Source: a virus
Taxonomy: Duplodnaviria > Heunggongvirae > Uroviricota > Caudoviricetes
Length of the DNA: 64,000 nucleotides
Direction: 5' to 3' (one strand)
Virus record (IMG/VR): IMGVR_UViG_3300029305_011610
Location: 13,395 to 77,394 of that record
Shown in pieces: positions 39,300 to 47,817 of the stretch. The notes below the pieces were generated by a model, which saw only the letters and a list, made by a program, of their open reading frames with translations, was not told where the DNA came from and searched no databases. Numbering within the stretch: the first letter of the stretch is position 1; every line of letters begins with the position of its first letter. The translations under genes were made by a program, and so were the position numbers.

Positions 39300-39430
39300 A
39301 GCACCAGGTTGGAAGCAAGCGCTCCGGGGGTTCGCAGGTGACTGGCGTGCGGTCTAGGAGGGGTTGCTGTCCTCCAATCTGGGCGGAGTCTCTTCGGCCG
39401 GGGTTTTCCCTGCGATAGGCTGGACTGTTG
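39300..39430. ncRNA. GC-rich structured non-coding element 2, ending at the same motif
   Basis: GCACCAGGTTGGAAGCAAGCGCTCCGGGGGTTCGCAGGTGACTGGCGTGCGG...CGGCCGGGG, about 62% GC. The track ORF 39277..39465 is implausible as coding. Confidence 0.35.
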
Positions 39431-39432
39431 GT

Positions 39433-39464
39433 CGAACCTTCACTTCTACTTACAGCGAGAAGCA
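39433..39464. repeat. Conserved motif copy R2
   Basis: TCGAACCTTCACTTCTACTTACAGCGAGAAGCA, immediately 3' of the RT stop. Confidence 0.6.
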
Positions 39465-39495
39465 TCGTATAAACGATAATGCTATATAGAATATT

Positions 39496-40647
39496 TTAAT
39501 ATTTTAGATCTGACTTGATTGCCGAAACAATATCAACTCCTACCTTTCTACTGATATGGTCTACCATCTTATCTATGGTTTCTTTTTCAATCATTCGGTA
39601 GTAGTTTCTATGCCCTTCAAGCACTCTTATATCTGTCTTTTCCCACGGCGTCCCATTTAATCTATCCAACGCATAGTTGGTTAGCATTGCTTGGAACTCC
39701 TTTTTCTTCTTATACCCAATCGTAATATCATTGTTGGAGTTAAGCATTACACCCAGATGTCTGTTTCGCCCAGCAGACGATCCGTAAGTAGTCTTTTCCT
39801 TCTTGATAATAAATGGGGCATTGAAGTAGCTAAGTGTATTTGTGATCAGCTGCTCAACTAACTTCACATCGAAGTCTCGCCTTGAAGAAATGATGAAGTC
39901 GTCTGCATATCTTGTATACACAAACGACTGGTTGTTGTAGTTATGAAGCATTTTAGTTAACGCATGGTCTACTGGGATCATCATTATATTTGTGATTAGC
40001 GGAGAGATCGGTGTTCCTTGAGGCAATCCGCCGTTCAAGAATGCAAGTTCAAGGGCAGTTTCGAGCTGCTGCCTACCCACAGTATACTTAACCACCTCTG
40101 AGAATGGAAAAATCATTGAAAACTGCTTCATCACAAATTCAAGCGTTGTGCTACCAAAGAAGTCAGACAAATCGAACTTGCCGAACCACTTACTCTCGTT
40201 CGCTTGATGTTTTTTGATCGCATCTATTGTGCTTCTCTTTTTCACATAAGCGAACGCAGAGGTGTGATACAGTGCATGAAAATCTTCTTCAAAGATAACT
40301 TTAAGAGTTCTCAATGCTTCCATCAGTTCGGGATTTGGTGCGTCGATTCTTCTATAACCTCTCCCGCTTTTCTTGGGCTGATAAAAAGTACGATACTGAT
40401 CCTGTCTCGGCCTGCTTCGCAACTCTTCTGTTTGCTGATTAAACACAACCAGCTTAGAGATAAGCAAGGGGATATTAACACTTGCCAGCATTTTATCGCT
40501 CACTTGCTCCACACAGTATGTTCTGGTAGATGTAAATCTGCCCGCAGAAGGTACAACCGGTTCGCGAATCGTGGCTGTTGCGAACAGCAACTCTTCCAGT
40601 GTCATCTCTCGAAGTACAGGAGCGTTTTTTACTGTTATGTATACCAT
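39496..40647 (-). CDS. Reverse transcriptase (retron/group-II-like RT domain, 383 aa)
   Basis: RT motifs GLPQGTPISPLITN (motif 4), VYTRYADDFIIS (YADD, motif 5), IKKEKTTYG...RHLGVMLN (motifs 6–7, retron VTG-like), and a distal HRNYYRMIE (thumb/X-like). Confidence 0.85.
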   Translation of the reverse strand: MVYITVKNAPVLREMTLEELLFATATIREPVVPSAGRFTSTRTYCVEQVSDKMLASVNIPLLISKLVVFNQQTEELRSRPRQDQYRTFYQPKKSGRGYRRIDAPNPELMEALRTLKVIFEEDFHALYHTSAFAYVKKRSTIDAIKKHQANESKWFGKFDLSDFFGSTTLEFVMKQFSMIFPFSEVVKYTVGRQQLETALELAFLNGGLPQGTPISPLITNIMMIPVDHALTKMLHNYNNQSFVYTRYADDFIISSRRDFDVKLVEQLITNTLSYFNAPFIIKKEKTTYGSSAGRNRHLGVMLNSNNDITIGYKKKKEFQAMLTNYALDRLNGTPWEKTDIRVLEGHRNYYRMIEKETIDKMVDHISRKVGVDIVSAIKSDLKY

Positions 40648-40665
40648 CGGTATCCCCTTTCTTAT

Positions 40666-41376
40666 TTATTTAATTCCGAACAGCGACCAAATATCGCTTT
40701 CATCAAACACTTCAATTTTTGAAGGGTTTTTATAGCTCGTCTCGTACGGAAGAATATGATATAGCCCATTGGCATCTTGCTCAACGACTAAATCTCCTTT
40801 AACCTTGCACTTAGGCCTGAATCCGTGTCTATAAGACGACCCTATACGGCAGGCATATGAGCCATCTCTTGAAATGCCAAGCACATTACTATATGACTGA
40901 TTTGACATAGTAAAGTCCTTGAACCAGTACTGCATGTATCGGTCGTACGATATATAAAAACCTTTGCCACGCAAATTACCAGAAGGTTCGGCTCTCCTTC
41001 CCTTTCTGTTAAAGAGATTCATTTTGCCTCCAAAAATATCTTCATTTGATGGCAGATTTATCCCACCAACAATAGAGTCGATCTCATAGTTCTCAAAATC
41101 ACATAGGAATCCTGCATTATTTGAATACGAGCCCGTATTTGGTTCATCAAATAGATAGTTATCTTCGCTATTCATAAAGTTATAAATAGTAGACTGGTTA
41201 TAATCATTTCTGCCCTTGATATCCCATTCAAGAACATCAAGTACATACTCAGAAATGAATTCATTCTCTCTGTTGCCCTTAAGCCAGATGATTGGCTCTG
41301 GTGCGTGTTTAGTTGCAGAGTATGCACCAAGAACTAATCTGGATCCTAACTTAAGTTTATTGATTGTTGTCGCCAA
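40666..41376 (-). CDS. Hypothetical protein (TTG start)
   Basis: 236-aa ORF with RBS AGAGGTGA. No recognisable domain. Confidence 0.5.
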   Translation of the reverse strand: MATTINKLKLGSRLVLGAYSATKHAPEPIIWLKGNRENEFISEYVLDVLEWDIKGRNDYNQSTIYNFMNSEDNYLFDEPNTGSYSNNAGFLCDFENYEIDSIVGGINLPSNEDIFGGKMNLFNRKGRRAEPSGNLRGKGFYISYDRYMQYWFKDFTMSNQSYSNVLGISRDGSYACRIGSSYRHGFRPKCKVKGDLVVEQDANGLYHILPYETSYKNPSKIEVFDESDIWSLFGIK

Positions 41377-41389
41377 ACAATCACCTCTC

Positions 41390-42067
41390 TTAAAATGCCA
41401 TCAGATCAAAAGCAAATGCATCCGCCAGAATCAGCTTTTTTAAGGGATTCCCATTCCAGAAGTTCATGAAATTGGATACGCCATAAGCGCACACAATTCG
41501 AACTGTAGGACAGACAGACAGGGTTACATTACACGCTGATACAGGTGTCTCTTCCTTGGCTTCGTCGTGGGAAAAATCCATAGAGTTCAGGAAGTCCTGT
41601 TTCATCTTGTAATCAGACCAGTCTGCAGCATAGTGCTGTGCATCCGTCAACCGGGTTCTGAAATCGAACATCGCCTTAACGAACGGGCTATCGAAATGCT
41701 TCTTCGCGATTTCCTTACGCAGTTCGATATTGTCTACGCACAGAAATACATAGCCAGACATCAGCTTACCCTTCCAACCTTCAGGCTTCAGCTCGATATC
41801 GTCTTTGATATCGGGATTGATTTCCATCAGGATGTCGAGAAGAGCCTCAACCTTCGGCTTCCCCACATCCTTTTGTCTGAACATCTGGTTAGCAAGATTA
41901 TGAGGCTCTACGATATCAAAATCCCAGAGAGTCATCTTTGTTACGCCGCAGCGTGCCAGGTTTTCTGCAACTGTGGAACCTACAGAACCACAGCCAACAA
42001 TATGAATTCTCGCAGTATCCTTTTCGGGCTGGAAAAATTCATAGCTTTTAGAAAGATCCATTGCCAT
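41390..42067 (-). CDS. E1-like ThiF/MoeB-family adenylyltransferase
   Basis: Rossmann nucleotide-binding motif IHIVGCGSVGSTVAENLARCGV...LWDFDIVEPHNLANQ. Confidence 0.75.
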   Translation of the reverse strand: MAMDLSKSYEFFQPEKDTARIHIVGCGSVGSTVAENLARCGVTKMTLWDFDIVEPHNLANQMFRQKDVGKPKVEALLDILMEINPDIKDDIELKPEGWKGKLMSGYVFLCVDNIELRKEIAKKHFDSPFVKAMFDFRTRLTDAQHYAADWSDYKMKQDFLNSMDFSHDEAKEETPVSACNVTLSVCPTVRIVCAYGVSNFMNFWNGNPLKKLILADAFAFDLMAF

Positions 42068-42069
42068 TA

Positions 42070-43038
42070 TCAGTATCCCCTTCCATATCCGTCGTACAGG
42101 CTACCATAGTAGTTATCGTAGTCATCATAAGGATCGTCGTATGCGTCCTTGCCAGCCCATCCAGAACCGATTGTCGTCTTGGGTTTGTCATTTCCGCTCT
42201 TACCTTTGCCCTTTCCCTTAGACTTGCCCTTACCTTCAGTATTCCCCGTAGACTCAGGCTTATTTGGAGAGGCATGTCCACCGTTTCCAAGAGGATTATA
42301 CGGCTGTCCTGCAACGGGAACTACGGAAGACTGCCCGCCGTAAGCAGGCGTGCCTTTATAGTTGTAATTTCCGCCACCAGTTCCGCCATTATATCCTCCG
42401 TAAACCTTATTCTTCACCTTTTCCTTTGCGTCGGTCAAGAACTTTCCCATATCGCCCCGAATGACGACGTCAATGTCCGCCGCTTCAAACAGGATATTCT
42501 TTTTCAGGTCGTAAATCTTGATATGCTTGTTAAAGGATTTGTTCCAAATCATAAAGATGTAGAACATGTCGTTTTCAAGCTGGTTCAGAATTTTTTCCTG
42601 ATGTGTGATATCAACCGCAGAAGGATATACACCCATATTCACATGAGAATGCCCCTGCATTCTGATGTTGAAGAAATCTTCGTCTTCAAACTGCATGAGC
42701 CACTTCTCATACTCTTCCTGATCGGTATTTACAGTAGCACCAGTTACTTCCTGTGGATACACGATAATATCGTAGATGATATATTCATCCCTTTCTTCAT
42801 CCTCACCACGCTTAGCAAGCCCATGCCATGCGACTTCCTTGTCAAAGCTACAAATCAGCATTGCCATCTTCAGCCAAGCTTCCTGCGTAAAATACACAGT
42901 TGCCTTTCGCTGATCGCATGTGAATGTCTTAGTGAAGTTGATTTTACCGTCAGCCATCTTGACAGTTCTGAGAGCTTCGAAAAGCTCGCGAGCACACTCT
43001 ACTCTGTACTCTTCGGTCATTTTGATAATCTTACTCAT
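42070..43038 (-). CDS. JAB/MPN (JAMM) metalloprotease-domain protein with Gly/Tyr/Lys-rich disordered tail
   Basis: HSHVNMGVYPSAVDITHQ matches the JAMM motif (HxH-x7-S-x2-D). C-terminal about 120 aa are low complexity (GGYNGGTGGGNYNYKG...KGKGKGKS...). Confidence 0.7.
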   Translation of the reverse strand: MSKIIKMTEEYRVECARELFEALRTVKMADGKINFTKTFTCDQRKATVYFTQEAWLKMAMLICSFDKEVAWHGLAKRGEDEERDEYIIYDIIVYPQEVTGATVNTDQEEYEKWLMQFEDEDFFNIRMQGHSHVNMGVYPSAVDITHQEKILNQLENDMFYIFMIWNKSFNKHIKIYDLKKNILFEAADIDVVIRGDMGKFLTDAKEKVKNKVYGGYNGGTGGGNYNYKGTPAYGGQSSVVPVAGQPYNPLGNGGHASPNKPESTGNTEGKGKSKGKGKGKSGNDKPKTTIGSGWAGKDAYDDPYDDYDNYYGSLYDGYGRGY

Positions 43039-43050
43039 ACGTTCCTCCTA

Positions 43051-44499
43051 TCATGTGGCTGCTTCTTGAGCTTCAAGCCATTCAATTGCTTCTACAGGTG
43101 TTACTACAGTTCCATCAGGAAGTTCAACGCACTTATTGCTGTAGTTAGTGTTATGTCCATACAGAATTGCCATAAATTCCCTCATAACAGTACTGTCGCC
43201 GAAGTTAATGCTCTTGCAGGAAGCGATACTCTGTTCAAGCGCTCCGATGTAATCATTATCTCTGAGGAGCTGATTAATTGCGGATGAATAGTTGCCCATG
43301 CATCCGTATCTATCGATGTGCGTATTGGGAAGATACCCGTCAAACTCACACTCAAAGGAATGATGCTGGTTGGGAAATACATTGCCATTCAGGCTGAATC
43401 TGTAGGACGCACACACTCTAATGCGAAGAGTCTGATCCACAAATACAGCATTCATGAACTTCTCCATCTTATCCTTAGCGATGTATCTGCTCATACCATC
43501 GTATACATAGCTACTCTTGTTATTGATCATTCTCTTTGCAGCTTCTTCGTCGAAGTATGTCAAATAATCCTTGACAGCGAATACCATACTGTCTTCGTTA
43601 ACATTTTCCAGAACCAGTCTTCTGTTGCACATGAAGTACTCCATGATTTCAGAGACCCCGCCCGTCTGTTCGACTTTAAGTTCGAGCCCGAGCAGTCTGG
43701 TTTGCAGATCATTTTTGATTCTGATCTGTTCTCCAATACTTCTGTTATAATAATTAATATTATTGATACAGGCCTGGATTTCATTGCGAACTCGTTCCTG
43801 CTCTCTCCGTTCGAACTTCGTTTCGAAACCGTCAAGCAGGTATTTAATTCTGAACTGACGCAGGTCAAATGTTTCAGACAGAGCCTTAATAGCGTTCATA
43901 TATGCGTCACTGGTCTTTTCTCTCATAGAATAAACCAGATTCATTTCAAGCTCAGAAACACCGTCCTCAGGCTTGAAGTACCAAGGGAGTACCGCGAAGA
44001 TGGAGCACTGAAGATAATGCAGCTTTCGATTGTCCATCTTAGATACAAAGATAACGGTGTGCTTCATCTCGGTATTCACAAAGCACAGAACCGGGAATGA
44101 CTTCTTGTAGAAAATCTTGATTTTCTCCAGATGACTCCAACCACTGAACTCGGACTCGAAGCTTTCTTCGAGAATCTTGAAATTCGCAGCTATATCAGCT
44201 TCGCCGCCGGTGATGTCATGGATATAAATTGTGCCATCAGTCAAAGGCATATCATCGCAAATCCTGCGAACCATGCTACCCCGATCGCCGCGCTCGATTG
44301 TATCCTTTTCAAATGTAATATTCGAAGACCCGAATCGAACCGTGATTGAATCCTCTTTAGGCATACGCTTATGAATCAGCGCTCTCAGAGATGCGACAAA
44401 AGAGTTATCGCTTCTGTATGTATCACCAGTAATGTTAGTGAAATAACTGTTTGCTACATCGTCCGTCAACGGAGTCGATGTAATGCTCTGTCTAAACAT
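43051..44499 (-). CDS. Large hypothetical protein co-located with the E1/JAB pair
   Basis: 482-aa ORF. No confident motif. Confidence 0.55.
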   Translation of the reverse strand: MFRQSITSTPLTDDVANSYFTNITGDTYRSDNSFVASLRALIHKRMPKEDSITVRFGSSNITFEKDTIERGDRGSMVRRICDDMPLTDGTIYIHDITGGEADIAANFKILEESFESEFSGWSHLEKIKIFYKKSFPVLCFVNTEMKHTVIFVSKMDNRKLHYLQCSIFAVLPWYFKPEDGVSELEMNLVYSMREKTSDAYMNAIKALSETFDLRQFRIKYLLDGFETKFERREQERVRNEIQACINNINYYNRSIGEQIRIKNDLQTRLLGLELKVEQTGGVSEIMEYFMCNRRLVLENVNEDSMVFAVKDYLTYFDEEAAKRMINNKSSYVYDGMSRYIAKDKMEKFMNAVFVDQTLRIRVCASYRFSLNGNVFPNQHHSFECEFDGYLPNTHIDRYGCMGNYSSAINQLLRDNDYIGALEQSIASCKSINFGDSTVMREFMAILYGHNTNYSNKCVELPDGTVVTPVEAIEWLEAQEAAT

Positions 44500-44529
44500 T
44501 AAAACACCCCTTGTCTTTTAATTGTAAGA

Positions 44530-44616
44530 TGGTGTCGGAGACGGGATTCGAACCCGCACGTGATCAATCACACCAGATTTTAAGTCTGGGTTGTCTCCCA
44601 GTTCCACCACTCCGAC
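44530..44616 (-). tRNA. tRNA-Leu (anticodon TAA), type II, CCA encoded
   Basis: GTCGGAG...CCAGA-CTTAAAA-TCTGG, variable-arm hairpin GTGATTGATCAC, GCGGG-TTCGAAT-CCCGT, acceptor CTCCGAC-A-CCA. Confidence 0.75.
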
Positions 44617-44641
44617 GTATGAATTTTTCATTACACATATT

Positions 44642-44670
44642 AAAAGGGGCGCATTTCTGCGCCCCTTTTG
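44642..44670. terminator. Strong bidirectional intrinsic terminator
   Basis: AAAAGGGGCGCA-TTTC-TGCGCCCCTTTT. Confidence 0.75.
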
Positions 44671-44687
44671 GGTATGTAACCGTGTTA

Positions 44688-44933
44688 TTAGGCGTTGTCA
44701 GCCTTAACCACGTTGAGCAGATAGCAGCGATCGTGGCCATCAGTGCCATCGTAGCCAAAATCCGCCAGGGTCTTGTTGATTTCGCCAGCCTTCAGGGAAG
44801 CGCCGTCCAGATGCATTACACCACGGTTGTAGTCAATGCCCAGGGTTTCCAGAATTTCACGGATGGTCACATGGGGTGCGAAATTTTCGGTCTTACGGTC
44901 AACGGTAGTACCAGCAGTTACTCTTACAAACAT
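44688..44933 (-). CDS. Small protein with possible beta-grasp (ThiS/MoaD-like) fold; GC-rich, enterobacterial-like codon usage
   Basis: MFVRVTAG..VTIREILETLGID...VMHLDGASL...KTLADFGYDG...LLNVVKADNA. Codons CTG/CGT/GGC/ACC dominate, unlike neighbours. No C-terminal GG. Confidence 0.45.
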   Translation of the reverse strand: MFVRVTAGTTVDRKTENFAPHVTIREILETLGIDYNRGVMHLDGASLKAGEINKTLADFGYDGTDGHDRCYLLNVVKADNA

Positions 44934-45030
44934 AAATCATATCTCCTTTAATAAATTATTTTTGATTTCTGATTGGATGACTTATTATGGGCGGGGCGGA
45001 ACAATCCGCCCCGGAGGGGCTCGGTTGCAA

Positions 45031-45426
45031 TTAGCCTACGGTAATTGCTTCCATGATCTGAGCCTTTTCTTCGGCAATCTCAGCGATCACCGCAGGCAGC
45101 TTCGCTTCCAGAGCGTTCAGCTTCATCAGAGCGCCGCCCAGCTTATCTGCTACGGCTTCCTTCATCTTGTCGCCGTCAATGCCGGGCATCAGCATAGTGA
45201 TTTCAGCGAGACCACCCTGATGAGAAGCGCGGCCAAACAGTGCGCCATTGCCATTCATACCACCGGAACCTTCAACCACGCCTACAGAGTACAGCAGCTC
45301 GCTGTTATCCTTGCCACCCATCAGCTTCAGAGCTTCGGGGCGATACTTTGCTACCAGCTTCAGGTTTTCCAGGGTTGCTGCGGAGGTGATTACGACTGCT
45401 TCACCATTGATCTTTACTTTTGCCAT
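45031..45426 (-). CDS. Ala/Gly/Leu/Lys-rich hypothetical protein; GC-rich, atypical codon usage
   Basis: 131-aa ORF MAKVKINGEAVVITSAATLENL...LMGG.... Same compositional island as 44688..44933. Confidence 0.45.
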   Translation of the reverse strand: MAKVKINGEAVVITSAATLENLKLVAKYRPEALKLMGGKDNSELLYSVGVVEGSGGMNGNGALFGRASHQGGLAEITMLMPGIDGDKMKEAVADKLGGALMKLNALEAKLPAVIAEIAEEKAQIMEAITVG

Positions 45427-45610
45427 TTTATATGGCCTCCTTTAATTCATATGTATATCATTCTGCTTACAGATTTCTCTGCAACCCACCCGCACCACGT
45501 GGAGGCGATACCATTACGGGCATAAAAAATCCCTTTGCCATGAATTACTAGCGAAGGGATTTTTGTTTTTACTTTCTATTTTCGTTTTTATACTTTCGTT
45601 TTCACTTTAG

Positions 45611-46183
45611 TTACCGCGTAAAAACGAACTCTTCATAAGGATATCGATAAAATACATCCTCTCCTGTTGTCTCATCATTGATAATCATCGGGCGATCAAT
45701 CACGAGTTGTTTTTCCTCGGAAAGGTAACTTGCGATATGATCCAGAATTTCTTCGATCTCTTTCTCATCCAACACACTGTTGCGGTAGTCGAAACCCAGG
45801 ATTGTATCAAGGAAGTCGATTAACGAAAGGGTGAGCTTGTCCTCTGTCTCATAGATCAAATCCTCTGCGTCCTGTCTTGAAATCATTTGCCCAGTGGAAG
45901 TGGGGATTTTTTCAGACAAATGAGAGCTGTAAATCTGCTCAACAATCTCCTCGCAGTCTGCGGAACTAACCGCAAGCTCCTCGTACACGCACTCCTCGTT
46001 ATCATATACATAAAGTGCTGGATACAAACACTCTTCTGTGAGATAAATCACCGTCCCGGTATCTTCGTTTTCTGCAATTTTAACCATCTCGTTTTTGAGA
46101 CGGCTTTCATTGCTTCTGAAAAACCGCCATACTTCCTTGGCGGTAACATATATTTTAACCGACATTATATTCCTCCTTCGCAA
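45611..46183 (-). CDS. Acidic hypothetical protein
   Basis: 190-aa ORF. Confidence 0.5.
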   Translation of the reverse strand: MRRRNIMSVKIYVTAKEVWRFFRSNESRLKNEMVKIAENEDTGTVIYLTEECLYPALYVYDNEECVYEELAVSSADCEEIVEQIYSSHLSEKIPTSTGQMISRQDAEDLIYETEDKLTLSLIDFLDTILGFDYRNSVLDEKEIEEILDHIASYLSEEKQLVIDRPMIINDETTGEDVFYRYPYEEFVFTR

Positions 46184-46477
46184 ACCACCCTATTCAATGT
46201 ATAAAGGGTGTTTCTCGTAATAATTCTGATGCTGCTTTTGCAGCTGTCAGTAGATACCGACTCAATTCTAGATGTGATAATCTGACGTACCTTTTCCCCA
46301 GAGTCAGAAATCGAAAGAATTGCCGATTGGCCGCATTCCAACTCGGAAAGTCTGCAAGTTTTACCGAGTATAGACTTATGTACATCTCTGCATTTGCCTG
46401 AAAATGGCTCAATTGCGTTGATAATATAGAGTTCATCAAAACTCATTTGCATCTCTCCTCATTATAAAAGCTCAGTT

Positions 46478-46777
46478 TCATATAAGCAGTAACTTCAAGT
46501 CCTGTTCGCTTTCTTCTAAAGCTCCAACGCACTCCTTCCATTGGTCGAATTCGATTGTTGGGTATTCGTCTTTCATATGAGAACATCCGTGGATGCCACC
46601 GTATTCATGGAATAAGTACGGATATTTATTCCAGTTATGAACGTGAATAGTATGTTCATTACGGTCTAAGCCATATTCTTCTTCATAAAACTTTTTGACT
46701 TCTTGTGCCTGTTTGAACGATGTGATGTGTATTCTAGCATCGTTTTCCATAAACAATTCGTGCGAAAACACTATCAA
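46478..46777 (-). CDS. Hypothetical protein
   Basis: 99-aa ORF. Confidence 0.45.
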   Translation of the reverse strand: MIVFSHELFMENDARIHITSFKQAQEVKKFYEEEYGLDRNEHTIHVHNWNKYPYLFHEYGGIHGCSHMKDEYPTIEFDQWKECVGALEESEQDLKLLLI

Positions 46778-46792
46778 ACCTCTCTTTCGTGC

Positions 46793-47029
46793 TTATGCCC
46801 AAAAAATCAGTAGCTTGTTATAGAAGCGTTTTACTGTAAAACCGCTATCAACCAGCGTATTAATCACCTTGTTAACAATAACTCGGTTCATACAAGGAGA
46901 AATCTCAATGCTAGTATTCGACATTCCTTCAAATGCAGCGGATTCAATTTCTCCATAAGCATTTTCTAAAATGCTATCAAGCACTGAGCTGTCGGTGCTA
47001 AGCTCACGAGCTTTTTTTGCCGTAATCAT
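46793..47029 (-). CDS. Hypothetical protein
   Basis: 78-aa ORF. Confidence 0.4.
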   Translation of the reverse strand: MITAKKARELSTDSSVLDSILENAYGEIESAAFEGMSNTSIEISPCMNRVIVNKVINTLVDSGFTVKRFYNKLLIFWA

Positions 47030-47048
47030 ATTAACACATCCTTTCTAT

Positions 47049-47159
47049 TGGTGGGCAGGGGTGGGCTCGAACCACCAAAGCTACAGTAACCACATGCGCG
47101 CCAAGTCCATATAGCAGAGATTTACAGTCCCTTGCTTTAACCGATTTGCATACCTGCCC
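47049..47159 (-). tRNA. tRNA-Tyr-like (anticodon GTA) with about 39-nt variable region; possible pseudo- or interrupted tRNA
   Basis: Perfect acceptor GGGCAGG/CCTGCCC-A-CCA, anticodon arm AGGGA-CTGTAAA-TCTCT, T-arm GGTGG-TTCGAGC-CCACC. The variable region is about 25 nt longer than any normal Tyr tRNA. Confidence 0.5.
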
Positions 47160-47174
47160 ATAAAAATTATACCG

Positions 47175-47432
47175 TTACAACACAAAAACCTCTTTTCGCT
47201 TGTCGCTATATGCGTTAAACACAAGAGTCTTACCAGATATTTGCAAAAGATAGTCGTCGCACGCCTTCTCGAAATCGTCTCCAACGCCATAGACTCCTGC
47301 CAGAACAACGCCATCTTTTACTTCGGCATTTTTATACCGTACACAGACTCCATGCATGTTGTGGAATATTTCCAGAGTCTGTCCTTGTAAAGCCATTAGT
47401 CGCTCACTGCTTTTGACAATCAACTTATACAC
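47175..47432 (-). CDS. Hypothetical protein
   Basis: 85-aa ORF. Confidence 0.4.
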   Translation of the reverse strand: MYKLIVKSSERLMALQGQTLEIFHNMHGVCVRYKNAEVKDGVVLAGVYGVGDDFEKACDDYLLQISGKTLVFNAYSDKRKEVFVL

Positions 47433-47441
47433 CTCACGAAA

Positions 47442-47816
47442 TCATTCTTTGATTAAGAAGTCGAACTGCAAATCACTCTCCTCTATTTCATCAAGAATTA
47501 GAAGACTTGAGAACCGCATAGCTCGAGGCTTATGTAAATCTTCAACCCATCCCGAATGATCGCATTGTAGCAAGTTTCTACTAGGAGTACCGCCGTGAAA
47601 GCCTGTATAGTTAAGAATCATAGTCAAGTCTTGATTAGATTTTCTGTAATATTCATACTTTTTAGCAGCCTCACCTTCATCCCAAAAACTACATCGCCCG
47701 CGATCAGCTTCGCGAACCGCAGCCAAAAATGCCTCTGCCTCATCGGCAGAGTCGAATCTAACTGCGAAATCTAATCGATCAATGTACGGAGAAATGTCAA
47801 TATTATAATTACCCAT
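47442..47816 (-). CDS. Small paralog family A member
   Basis: DFAVRFDSADEAEAFLAAV...SLLILDEIEESDLQFDFLIKE. Confidence 0.5.
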   Translation of the reverse strand: MGNYNIDISPYIDRLDFAVRFDSADEAEAFLAAVREADRGRCSFWDEGEAAKKYEYYRKSNQDLTMILNYTGFHGGTPSRNLLQCDHSGWVEDLHKPRAMRFSSLLILDEIEESDLQFDFLIKE

Positions 47817-47817
47817 T

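Noticed and set aside
39040-39430. ZTP/pfl riboswitch in GC-rich element 2 (ACTGGCG ... CTGGGCGGA ... CGGCCGG)
   Set aside because: Motif order and spacing do not match the pfl consensus as recalled. The element lies on the strand antisense to the local genes and downstream of a stop rather than in a 5' leader.
39277-39465. 62-aa ORF inside GC-rich element 2
   Set aside because: It lies wholly within a hairpin-rich, about 62% GC non-coding element with no RBS. The translation is Arg/Gly/Pro-rich, as expected from GC-rich non-coding sequence.
39000-41376. Diversity-generating retroelement (RT + TR/VR)
   Set aside because: The two elements near the RT share only about 33 nt. Their differences are not adenine-specific. 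No long near-identical copy was found at the 3' end of any nearby ORF, and no avd-like gene is present.
42061-43287. 408-aa plus-strand ORF and other long plus-strand ORFs (e.g. 44511..44951, 44836..45525, 49565..50008, 52054..52803, 40204..40722) inside the minus-strand block
   Set aside because: Each lies antisense to a better-supported minus-strand gene with recognisable motifs (JAB, tRNA, HU etc.). They have low-complexity or Cys/Leu/Ser-rich translations and lack RBSs. They are typical shadow ORFs.
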